Source: Minisyncoccota bacterium
Lineage (GTDB): Bacteria > Patescibacteriota > Minisyncoccia > JBAYJV01
DNA length: 64,000 nucleotides
NCBI GenBank assembly: GCA_041664925.1
Contig: JBAYJV010000002.1
Coordinates: 72,302 to 136,301 of the forward strand
Direction of reading: 5' to 3'
The translations under genes were made by a program, and so were the position numbers. The notes beneath the pieces were generated by a model. It saw only the letters and a program-made list of their open reading frames with translations. It was not told the DNA's origin and made no database searches. Numbering within the stretch: the first letter of the stretch is position 1; every line of letters starts with the position of its first letter. Positions 56,599 to 64,000 of this stretch are shown piece after piece.

Positions 56599-57401
56599 TG
56601 ATTCAAAAAATTAGCCAGAAAAAGAATTTTTTTGTCTTTTTGTCATTAATTATTATTTCGATTTTAATATTTGCGCTTGACCAGAGCGCTTTTTTGAATT
56701 CTTTTAAATCTTTCTTGTTCTCTGGAGCAAAACCAATTCTTAGCCTATCAGATAAAAATCTCTATATTTTAACTAAGCCGTTTGAGATACTAATTAATTA
56801 TCAGAAAAATAAAGATGAATTGACTAGCTTAATGCAAAAGAAATTAGATTTAACCAGTATACAGGTAGAAATTGACGAAATCAGAAGAGAAAATGATTTT
56901 CTAAGAAAAGCTCTTGGCCTTAAAGAACAGAAAAAACAAGATTTCTTTATAGCAAAAGTAATCGGAAGATCTTCTGAGGCAAATCAATCTGTCATTGTTA
57001 ATGTAGGAAAAGGAGATGGTTTGACTGGTAGTGAAACCATGATTCTTCCTGATAAATTTTTAATAGGAAAAGTTACCGACACTTATGAAAGCATATCGCA
57101 GGCTAAGTTGTTGAATAGTTCTGATTTTTCTGTATCTGTTATGGGAGAAAAAACTAGAACTGATGCCTTGTGTACTGGCGCCGGAGATTCTTTGGAGATC
57201 GAGATTATTAATTATCAAGATCAGCCAGAAATAGGAGAAATTTTTATTACATCAGGCATTGATGGTTATTCCCCTGGATTAATTGTTGGCCAACTGGAAA
57301 AAATTATTGTAAAACCTTCCGCAGTCTCAAGAATCGGCGTATTAAAACCATTGGTTAATTTAAATCAATTTGAACAAGTTTTACTTTTAAAGAATGATTA
57401 A
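56595..57401 (+). CDS. mreC: Rod shape-determining protein MreC
   Basis: RENDFLRKAL, AKVIGR, ITSGIDG; operon position. Confidence 0.88.
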   Translation: MMIQKISQKKNFFVFLSLIIISILIFALDQSAFLNSFKSFLFSGAKPILSLSDKNLYILTKPFEILINYQKNKDELTSLMQKKLDLTSIQVEIDEIRRENDFLRKALGLKEQKKQDFFIAKVIGRSSEANQSVIVNVGKGDGLTGSETMILPDKFLIGKVTDTYESISQAKLLNSSDFSVSVMGEKTRTDALCTGAGDSLEIEIINYQDQPEIGEIFITSGIDGYSPGLIVGQLEKIIVKPSAVSRIGVLKPLVNLNQFEQVLLLKND

Positions 57402-57870
57402 GAGCTTTTTTCTAAAATTAATTATTGTTTTTTTGGCAATATTTATTCAATTTTCTGTATTGTCACGTTTTGGTATTGATAAATATTTTGATCCACTTTT
57501 TTTGATTATTTTTATATGGATCATTTTGGAAAACTATGATTTTATTTTTCTTTTAACATTTATTGGTGGTTTGCTTTTTGATCTTTTTTCTGCAATTCCT
57601 TTGGGATCAAAAACAATTATTTATTTAATTTTTTGTTTTGCATTAATATTAATTCGTCAAAACTTTTTAAGATCGCTGACATTTTTAACATTACTAGGAT
57701 TATCTTTTGTTAGTACCTGTCTGTATTTTATTGTAAAAAATATTTTTTTCGTAATTCTTTCCATAGATGGTCGTTTTGGAATATTAATTCTTATTCAAAT
57801 TTTACTAACAAATCTAGTTATTATTTTATTGGCTCTGTTGTTTAAGAAAAAACTGTTCGTTAATGATTAA
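57394..57870 (+). CDS. mreD: Rod shape-determining protein MreD
   Basis: GGLLFDLFSAIPLG, multi-TM, operon position. Confidence 0.8.
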   Translation: MIKSFFLKLIIVFLAIFIQFSVLSRFGIDKYFDPLFLIIFIWIILENYDFIFLLTFIGGLLFDLFSAIPLGSKTIIYLIFCFALILIRQNFLRSLTFLTLLGLSFVSTCLYFIVKNIFFVILSIDGRFGILILIQILLTNLVIILLALLFKKKLFVND

Positions 57871-57872
57871 TT

Positions 57873-59804
57873 ATGCGATTTTTTAAAAATAAAATTAAAA
57901 AAAGCTTAGAGAATATCGACTTAGAAGATGTCTTTATTGAAGGTTCTTCGTCAAATAAGCGAAACGAACACATTCCCGAAAGAATGCCTGTTTTAATAAA
58001 AAAATCAGCTATCAGCTTACCGTTTATTTTAATTGCTTTTTTGTTCGGAACTATTATTATCAGAGTGGCTTTTTTACAACTCAGAGGATCGTCTTATTAT
58101 GAAATATTGGCAGAAAAAAATCGTTCTCAAATTGAATTGATAACGCCTCGTCGCGGTATTATTTATGATCGCAATCATAAACAAATTGCTTATAATATTC
58201 CGGCATACGACCTCATTTGGAACAAAAAAAATGCTCCGAAGAATGATTCGGAAATTGAGCAGGCACTAGAAAAAATTTCTTCCATCGTAAAAACTAGTAC
58301 AGATGAACTTAAAAAAACAATTAATGATTCGTCAGACAGCATTGTAAGGCTTGTTACCGATATTAGCTCAGAAGAAGTTTTTACATTAAAAAGTCTTAAG
58401 GATAATTGGTCGCCTAGCATAGAGATCAAACAACGCAATAGAAGGGATTATCCTTATTCCTATAGCCTTTCTCACGTCTTAGGTTATGTCGGAAAAATAA
58501 CAGATCAAGAATATCAAATAAAAAAAGACAACTATTCTGTAGATGATTATATTGGAAAAAGTGGGATAGAACTTCAATATGAGGATTTATTGCGAGGAAA
58601 AATTGGAATCAAAAGCACCGAAGTTTCTCCGTTAAGAAATGAAGTTAGACCGATATCAGAAATGGAACCTAAAGACGGTTTTGATATTTCTCTTACGATA
58701 GACAGTGATCTTCAAAATAAAATTTATGAAACTTTAACAGATACTCTCAAAAAAAATAATCTCAAAGCAGGCGCTGCAGTTGCTCTTGATCCAAGAAACG
58801 GAGATATTCTAAGTTTAGTCAGTATCCCAAGTTTTAATAATAGCGAATTGAGCCAAGGAATGGATCAAGAAAAATTTACAAGTCTTATTGAATCACCAAA
58901 TAGACCGTTTTTTAATCGTACTATTTCTGGCACCTATCCTCCCGGTTCGACTTTTAAACCTGTTATTGCTATTGGAGCGCTTGAAGAAAAAATAATCTCA
59001 CCAGAAAAAGGTTTTAATTGCGAAGGTTTTCTTCGTGTCGCTAATGTTTATAATCAAAATGTTTCTTATGTTTTTCGCGATTGGAAAATTCATGGATGGG
59101 TTACGCTTAAAAAAGCAATTTCTCAGTCTTGTAATGTTTATTTTTATATGATTGGTGGAGGATACGAAGATTTTAAAGGACTAGGAATTGGCAAAATCAA
59201 ATATTATGCAAAAAAAATCGGCATGATGGAAAAAACCGGAATCGATCTTCCCGGAGAAGTTTCAGGCTTTGTGCCTGACAGTGATTGGAAAAAATCCGTC
59301 AAAAATGAAGCTTGGTATATAGGAGATACTTATCATGCCTCAATTGGACAAGGAGACGTAGCTCTAACCCCTCTTGAAGTGGCTCAACTCTACGCATTTT
59401 TTGCTAATGGTGGCAAAATTTACAAGCCCCGATTACTTTCTTCCGTAGAGGAAACTTCAGGTGGAATTTTTAATCAGATTGAACCAGAAATTTTAATCAA
59501 TGATATTTTTAATAAGAAAAATATTGACTACATCAGAGATGGATTGAAGGAAACTGTGATTTCTGGTTCAGCTCAAATTCTGCAAGGATTGCCAGTATCA
59601 TCAGCTGCCAAAACAGGAACTGCTCAATTCGGTGATGGAACAAAATCTCATGCTTGGTTTGCTGCTTTCGCTCCTTATGAAAATCCTGAAATCGTTCTGG
59701 TAATCTTGGCTGAAGAGGGTGGGGGCGGATCAACAACTGCGGCACCTATAGCTTACGATGTTTTAAAATGGTACTTCGAACAAAAACTTAAAGTTCAAAA
59801 CTAA
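57873..59804 (+). CDS. mrdA: Penicillin-binding protein 2
   Basis: PRRGIIYDRN, PGSTFK, SCN, KTGT. Confidence 0.93.
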   Translation: MRFFKNKIKKSLENIDLEDVFIEGSSSNKRNEHIPERMPVLIKKSAISLPFILIAFLFGTIIIRVAFLQLRGSSYYEILAEKNRSQIELITPRRGIIYDRNHKQIAYNIPAYDLIWNKKNAPKNDSEIEQALEKISSIVKTSTDELKKTINDSSDSIVRLVTDISSEEVFTLKSLKDNWSPSIEIKQRNRRDYPYSYSLSHVLGYVGKITDQEYQIKKDNYSVDDYIGKSGIELQYEDLLRGKIGIKSTEVSPLRNEVRPISEMEPKDGFDISLTIDSDLQNKIYETLTDTLKKNNLKAGAAVALDPRNGDILSLVSIPSFNNSELSQGMDQEKFTSLIESPNRPFFNRTISGTYPPGSTFKPVIAIGALEEKIISPEKGFNCEGFLRVANVYNQNVSYVFRDWKIHGWVTLKKAISQSCNVYFYMIGGGYEDFKGLGIGKIKYYAKKIGMMEKTGIDLPGEVSGFVPDSDWKKSVKNEAWYIGDTYHASIGQGDVALTPLEVAQLYAFFANGGKIYKPRLLSSVEETSGGIFNQIEPEILINDIFNKKNIDYIRDGLKETVISGSAQILQGLPVSSAAKTGTAQFGDGTKSHAWFAAFAPYENPEIVLVILAEEGGGGSTTAAPIAYDVLKWYFEQKLKVQN

Positions 59805-59941
59805 AAGCTTAGAATTATAACTTAAAATTCAAAACTTGGAATTTCAAATATACAAAAGTAATTTTAAAAATGAATTGTTTTATAGTTTTAAGTTTTAAAT
59901 TATTGTTTTGAGTTTTAACTTTTACGTTTTGACTTATCTTT
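59783..59941. repeat. Inverted pair of 7-nt-periodic arms
   Basis: aaaactt aaagttc aaaacta aaagctt ... tttaagt tttaaat tttgagt tttaact tttacgt tttgact. Confidence 0.75.
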
Positions 59942-61717
59942 ATGGATAAAGTGTGGGAAATTAAAAAAGAAGTTCCAAAAAAGTTTTTAGAAAAATACAA
60001 AAACTATCCGTCTTTGCTTTTGCGGTTATTATACGATCGAGACATAAAAACTAAGAAAGAAATAGATGATTTTCTCTCGATTGACTACAAAAAAGATGTT
60101 TATGACCCTTTTTTGTTATCTGGCATAAAAAAAGCAGTCAATCGAATAAAAGAGGCAATGTTGAATAATGAAAAAATCGCTATTTTTGGTGATTATGATG
60201 CCGACGGAATTTGCGCTTCTACTGTTCTTTATCAAACGCTTAAAAAAATAGGTACGGATCCATTAATTTATATTCCTGACAGGAAAAAGGGTTATGGTTT
60301 AAATAATAGCGCCATAAGAGAACTTTCGGAAAAAAATATAAAATTAATTATTACTGTTGATTGCGGTATTTCAGATAAAGAAGAAACTGATTTGGCTAAT
60401 TTTCTTGGTCTTGATGTCATCATAACCGATCATCATCTAATTCCAGATATTTTGCCAAAAGCATATGTCATTATTAATCCTAAAAAGAAAGGAGAAAAAT
60501 ATCCAAACAAAGATTTATCTGGCGCCGGAGTGGCGTTTAAATTAGCGACTGCGATTATTAAAACTTATAACAATATTTTCCAAGAAGAAGAAGAGAAATG
60601 GCTTCTTGATTTGGTTGCTATTGCAACAGTCGCCGACATGATGAATCTTAAAGGAGAAAACCGCACTTTGGTAAAATATGGTCTTTTGGTACTCGCCAAA
60701 ACCCGCCGATTAGGACTGAAAGCTCTATTGAAAGAAGCTGGCGTTAAAGATATAAAAGTAAAATGGATTGATAAAAAAAGTAATCGTTTTCGCGTTCAGA
60801 ATGTTGATGCTTATACGATTGGTTTTGTGATTGGACCTCGATTAAATGCTGCTGGTCGAATGGATCACGCCAACAAAGCTTTTTTCTTAGTTAACACTGA
60901 TACCGAAAAAGAAGCAACTGAGATTGCTAAAGAATTAAGCTTAAAAAATCAAGCTCGCCAGCGACTTCAACTTAAAATTTTTAAAGAAATTCAATCAACT
61001 GTCTTTCAAGAAGAAATTGATGATAAAAAAGTTATTATTAGAGGACATAAAAATTATCCGAAAGGAATAGTGGGGTTAATTTCAGGAAAAGTAACAGATA
61101 AATACTATCGCCCAAGTTTTATATACCAAGAGGAAGAAGAAATCTCTAAAGGATCTTGTCGTGGTATCCCAGAAGTAAATATTGTTGAAGTTTTAAGCGA
61201 ATGCAAATCCTACCTCAAGGAATTTGGAGGACACAAGGCAGCCGCAGGCTTTTCCTTCAAAACTACTGAAGCAAAGAAGCTAACCGAATGTCTTTGTAGC
61301 ACAATTAAAAAAGTTCTGCGTGGTAAAAAATTATTAAAAAAAGTTAAAATTGATGCAATTCTAAATTTCTCTGATATTGATTATGACCTAAAGAAAACCC
61401 TTGAAGAACTAGAGCCATTTGGACAAGGAAATCCCGAGCCAATCTTCGCGATTGAGAATGTCCAAATAATGGATATAAAGAAAATTGGCGCCAAAGAACA
61501 GCACCTTTTATTAAATATCAGAAAAAATGAAGAAGGAAAAGAATATTATTTGCGAGCGATTCTTTTCGAAAATGCCATTAGCTTTGAAGGCATCAATAAA
61601 GAAGATGCTTACGATTTTGCCTTCACGCCAATGTTTGATGAGTGGCAAGGAGAGAAGAGAATTACGCTGAAAATAATAGATTGGAAATTATCTTTCGACA
61701 AAAGAAAAAAGGCTTAA
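59942..61717 (+). CDS. recJ: Single-stranded DNA exonuclease RecJ
   Basis: GDYDADG, TVDCG, TDHH, PRLNAAGR, GGHKAAAG, EPFGQGNP. Confidence 0.96.
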   Translation: MDKVWEIKKEVPKKFLEKYKNYPSLLLRLLYDRDIKTKKEIDDFLSIDYKKDVYDPFLLSGIKKAVNRIKEAMLNNEKIAIFGDYDADGICASTVLYQTLKKIGTDPLIYIPDRKKGYGLNNSAIRELSEKNIKLIITVDCGISDKEETDLANFLGLDVIITDHHLIPDILPKAYVIINPKKKGEKYPNKDLSGAGVAFKLATAIIKTYNNIFQEEEEKWLLDLVAIATVADMMNLKGENRTLVKYGLLVLAKTRRLGLKALLKEAGVKDIKVKWIDKKSNRFRVQNVDAYTIGFVIGPRLNAAGRMDHANKAFFLVNTDTEKEATEIAKELSLKNQARQRLQLKIFKEIQSTVFQEEIDDKKVIIRGHKNYPKGIVGLISGKVTDKYYRPSFIYQEEEEISKGSCRGIPEVNIVEVLSECKSYLKEFGGHKAAAGFSFKTTEAKKLTECLCSTIKKVLRGKKLLKKVKIDAILNFSDIDYDLKKTLEELEPFGQGNPEPIFAIENVQIMDIKKIGAKEQHLLLNIRKNEEGKEYYLRAILFENAISFEGINKEDAYDFAFTPMFDEWQGEKRITLKIIDWKLSFDKRKKA

Positions 61718-61725
61718 CAACTTTG

Positions 61726-61983
61726 TTAAGCCCCACTGTTATCAGTTCCTACTAAACGTTTGAGAAAATGATCTGGCCAATAGATAAATAATCGCCAAAG
61801 AAAGTGACATGGCCAATATATCCACCAAAAAAAAGAAAAACCAGTCAATGATGAATCTCCTTCATATGCGTGCCAATTTTCTTTACTATGTTTGTCAATC
61901 CATAGATATGTAAATCGCCATACATATCCATAAACGACAAAACTTCCAATACTGATCAACAGCCATATAGACGATGGAAACAT
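61726..61983 (-). CDS. Small Trp-rich membrane ORFan (cassette gene)
   Basis: TTGATT-16-TACAAT, AGTTCTT at 62036-62030, AAAAGGAGG. Confidence 0.6.
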   Translation of the reverse strand: MFPSSIWLLISIGSFVVYGYVWRFTYLWIDKHSKENWHAYEGDSSLTGFSFFWWIYWPCHFLWRLFIYWPDHFLKRLVGTDNSGA

Positions 61984-62139
61984 AGTTCCTCCTTTTGGAA
62001 TTCCTTTGTAAGTATCAACACACCTAGAAAAGAACTATTTATTTTTAATTAACCTTTATTATTATTATTGTAGTATTTTTACATTAAAAATCAATAATTT
62101 TAACACATTTTATTTAAAATCGTTATAATCTGTAATAAC

Positions 62140-62556
62140 ATGAAACTATTAAAAGTATATACCGACGGAGCTTCTCGTGGTAATCCCGGACCAGCTTCAA
62201 TTGGGATTGTTTTTAAAGACGAATCAAATAAGATTATTTGGCAGGAACATAAAGAAATTGGCGAAACAACCAATAATGAAGCTGAATATCAGGCGCTTAT
62301 TTTTGCCATGAAACATGTTAATTGCCATCATCCTGAAAAAATTATTTTTCATTCCGATTCAGAGCTTATGATTCGCCAAATGAGAGGGGAGTACAAAATA
62401 AAAGAGCCGAATATCCAGAAGCTCTTTCTTGAAGCCTGGAATCGCAAAATTGATTTTGCCAGACCAATTGAGTTTGTGATTATTCCCAGAGAAGAAAATC
62501 AAGAAGCCGATAGAATGGCAAACAAAGCACTGGACCAAGGAAAGCTGGAAATATGA
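62140..62556 (+). CDS. rnhA: Ribonuclease HI family protein
   Basis: TDGASRGNPG, TNNEAEY, SDSEL, ENQEADRMAN. Confidence 0.9.
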   Translation: MKLLKVYTDGASRGNPGPASIGIVFKDESNKIIWQEHKEIGETTNNEAEYQALIFAMKHVNCHHPEKIIFHSDSELMIRQMRGEYKIKEPNIQKLFLEAWNRKIDFARPIEFVIIPREENQEADRMANKALDQGKLEI

Positions 62557-62566
62557 CACTTCAAAG

Positions 62567-62676
62567 TGTCATCCTGAATAAAATGAAGGATCCCGTATGT
62601 TCCCTGAGATTCTTCGGCTCCACCTCAGAATGACAAGTTTTAGTTTATTGTCATCTTGAGCAAAGCGAAAGATCTC
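62567..62676. repeat. REP-like palindrome plus adjacent half copy
   Basis: tgtcatcctga...tcagaatgaca, then tgtcatcttgagcaaagcgaaagatctc. Confidence 0.8.
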
Positions 62677-62748
62677 GTTTCTTTGTTAAAATTTATTCAC
62701 AAAAAAAATGAGAGGACTTCTTGTCCTCTCTTGCTTTATACCACTAAC

Positions 62749-62952
62749 CTATCTAAGAACTTGGGATCTTTGAGATCCTTGTTCAATACATACGTTTTCA
62801 AAATAAGCATCGAGGCCTTCTGTTACAAAATCTGTGAGTGTTTTCCTTTCAATAGCTGCTCTTATTTTAAAAGCAGTAACATGACAAGGAAAAAAATAGG
62901 TCGTAGACCGAACTCCTTTTCTCTTACGATCCCTTTTCTTTAGGCCAAACAT
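62749..62952 (-). CDS. Small ribbon-helix-helix-like DNA-binding protein
   Basis: FKIRAAIERKTLTDFVTEGLDAY; TTGACT-16-TAAACT-6-GGTTCTTTAAAAGGAGG. Confidence 0.55.
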   Translation of the reverse strand: MFGLKKRDRKRKGVRSTTYFFPCHVTAFKIRAAIERKTLTDFVTEGLDAYFENVCIEQGSQRSQVLR

Positions 62953-63020
62953 CTTTCCTCCTTTTAAAGAACCATTATTAGTTTATCTTAAAATCCACAA
63001 AAGTCAAAAAAAAGAAGATT

Positions 63021-63560
63021 AAAAAAGGACTCAGCTGACCTGAGTCCTTGTTGTTCCGAAGAGAAGATAGAGAACTAGTAAGGGATTGCCCTTTGGCGTT
63101 CCCTCGACAAGGGTCTGTTTCCATTTTAGGCTGGACTCGCCTAAAATTCACCTTGTTCAACTTTCTGACTCCGACCAGGAGACAGAATGATATCCCCGAT
63201 GGGATATTGTCCTAGCTACCAATTCTCGAGGTTTCCGGAAACTGGGAATCCTCACGTCCCTTCTCTTCGAGATCGCGAGATGCTTCGTCTCGCGCCTTTC
63301 CACGAAAAAGCAAGAAACGATCGTGCCTAAACCCCTTTGAGCGTAGAGCACATACTCGTGCCTTCTCTGTTATATCCAAGTTGCGCCTTAGATACAACGG
63401 CACTTTCTTGATCCTTATAGCGCCAGCGCAACAGTAGGATCAGACGTTTCCTCTAGGGTTTTGAGAAAAACCCAGCTTCTTCGTGTACCGAGTCATCCCG
63501 AGATGATCAGCTTCCGCCGCATCAAATCGGTATCGGATCTTCGAATATTATTTAGGAACT
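63021..63560 (-). ncRNA. Large structured ncRNA (about 500-540 nt), family unknown
   Basis: Promoter TTGACA-16-TAGAAT (63600-63573); terminator AAGGACTCAG/CTGAGTCCTT with T run; more than 10 helices with G-U wobbles only on -; no credible ORF. Confidence 0.8.
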
Positions 63561-63684
63561 AATTATATAACCATTCTAGTCAATAAATATTTTTTGTCAA
63601 TACCTAAAACAAAACCCCGGAATACCGGGGTTTTTATTGAATAATTTTATTTAAATTATTGAAGTCCGACTTCAATAATTTTTA

Positions 63685-63966
63685 TTACTTTCTAACTGTA
63701 TCGCTCAAGATTTTTAAGTGATCTTCGCTTTTTCTCAAGATATCGTGAATACTAAACAATACTATCCAAAGCTCACAGATAACTCGCCAAATGAGATTTC
63801 CAAAGATTAAAACCAAAAAACCGGCAACAATGCTAATTCCATTACCTTTTATAAAAAAATCTATTGCCCAGATGATTAAAGCCGCAATTCCCACAAGATA
63901 AACAAATCTCAAAAGAAAAGAGCTTACCATCTTCTTGAATGTTAAATAGTTTATTAATTTTTCCAT
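63685..63966 (-). CDS. DUF4282-like small membrane protein
   Basis: LTFKKMV...GNLIWRVICELWIVLFSIHD. Confidence 0.75.
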   Translation of the reverse strand: MEKLINYLTFKKMVSSFLLRFVYLVGIAALIIWAIDFFIKGNGISIVAGFLVLIFGNLIWRVICELWIVLFSIHDILRKSEDHLKILSDTVRK

Positions 63967-64000
63967 AGTATATAAAATTACATTTATAATTCAATTATAC

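Noticed and set aside
1564-62943. Many short antisense or shadow ORFs (e.g. 1564..1950, 10416..10805, 21199..21630, 47777..48046, 62656..62943)
   Set aside because: They overlap well-supported genes on the other strand or frame and show no motifs or initiation signals
63021-63560. RNase P RNA, tmRNA or self-splicing intron; also the ORFs 62978..63160, 63157..63351 and 63212..63403
   Set aside because: GAGGAAACGTCT only loosely resembles the RNase P P4 strand; no tRNA-like ends or intron domain V/P7 motifs; the ORFs are short, overlapping and lack SD or family motifs
1-64000. Alternative genetic code (UGA=Gly as in Gracilibacteria/Absconditabacteria)
   Set aside because: Core genes are full length in code 11 and several end in TGA (topA, PGI, mreB, rnhA)

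Overview
AT-rich bacterial chromosome segment using the standard genetic code. The gene set (rplJ-rplL with L10 leader, cysS, topA-dprA, clpB, mreBCD-mrdA, recJ, rarA, rmuC, cupin PGI/ROK, DUF4012, tandem 7TM histidine kinases) points to a Patescibacteria/CPR (Parcubacteria-like) genome; this is inferred from gene content only. The non-coding layer is the most unusual part. (1) About 20 self-contained transcription units are scattered between core genes. They share a layout: TTGACN-16/17-TAnnnT promoter, usually an RGTTCYY (boxA-like) element that most often lies exactly 6 nt after the -10 box, a strong AAGGAGG-type Shine-Dalgarno, ORFan or xenolog cargo, and an intrinsic terminator. Core genes show no Shine-Dalgarno. 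(2) Some of these units carry RNA rather than protein: a ~540-nt heavily base-paired RNA with a loop-loop kiss (63021-63560, -), a ~205-nt pseudoknotted RNA with raiA-like words (3998-4205), a ~140-nt sRNA containing the anti-SD sequence (27505-27645, -), and an aberrant tRNA-Glu-like gene (2621-2696, -). (3) 7-nt-periodic intergenic repeats follow a strand-polarity rule (purine form after stop codons, pyrimidine form before starts) and bracket a four-helix-bundle gene as inverted arms. (4) Several families of REP-like palindromes occur, some nested inside each other. No CRISPR array, integrase, transposase or reverse transcriptase was seen. All family assignments are by eye; no searches were run.
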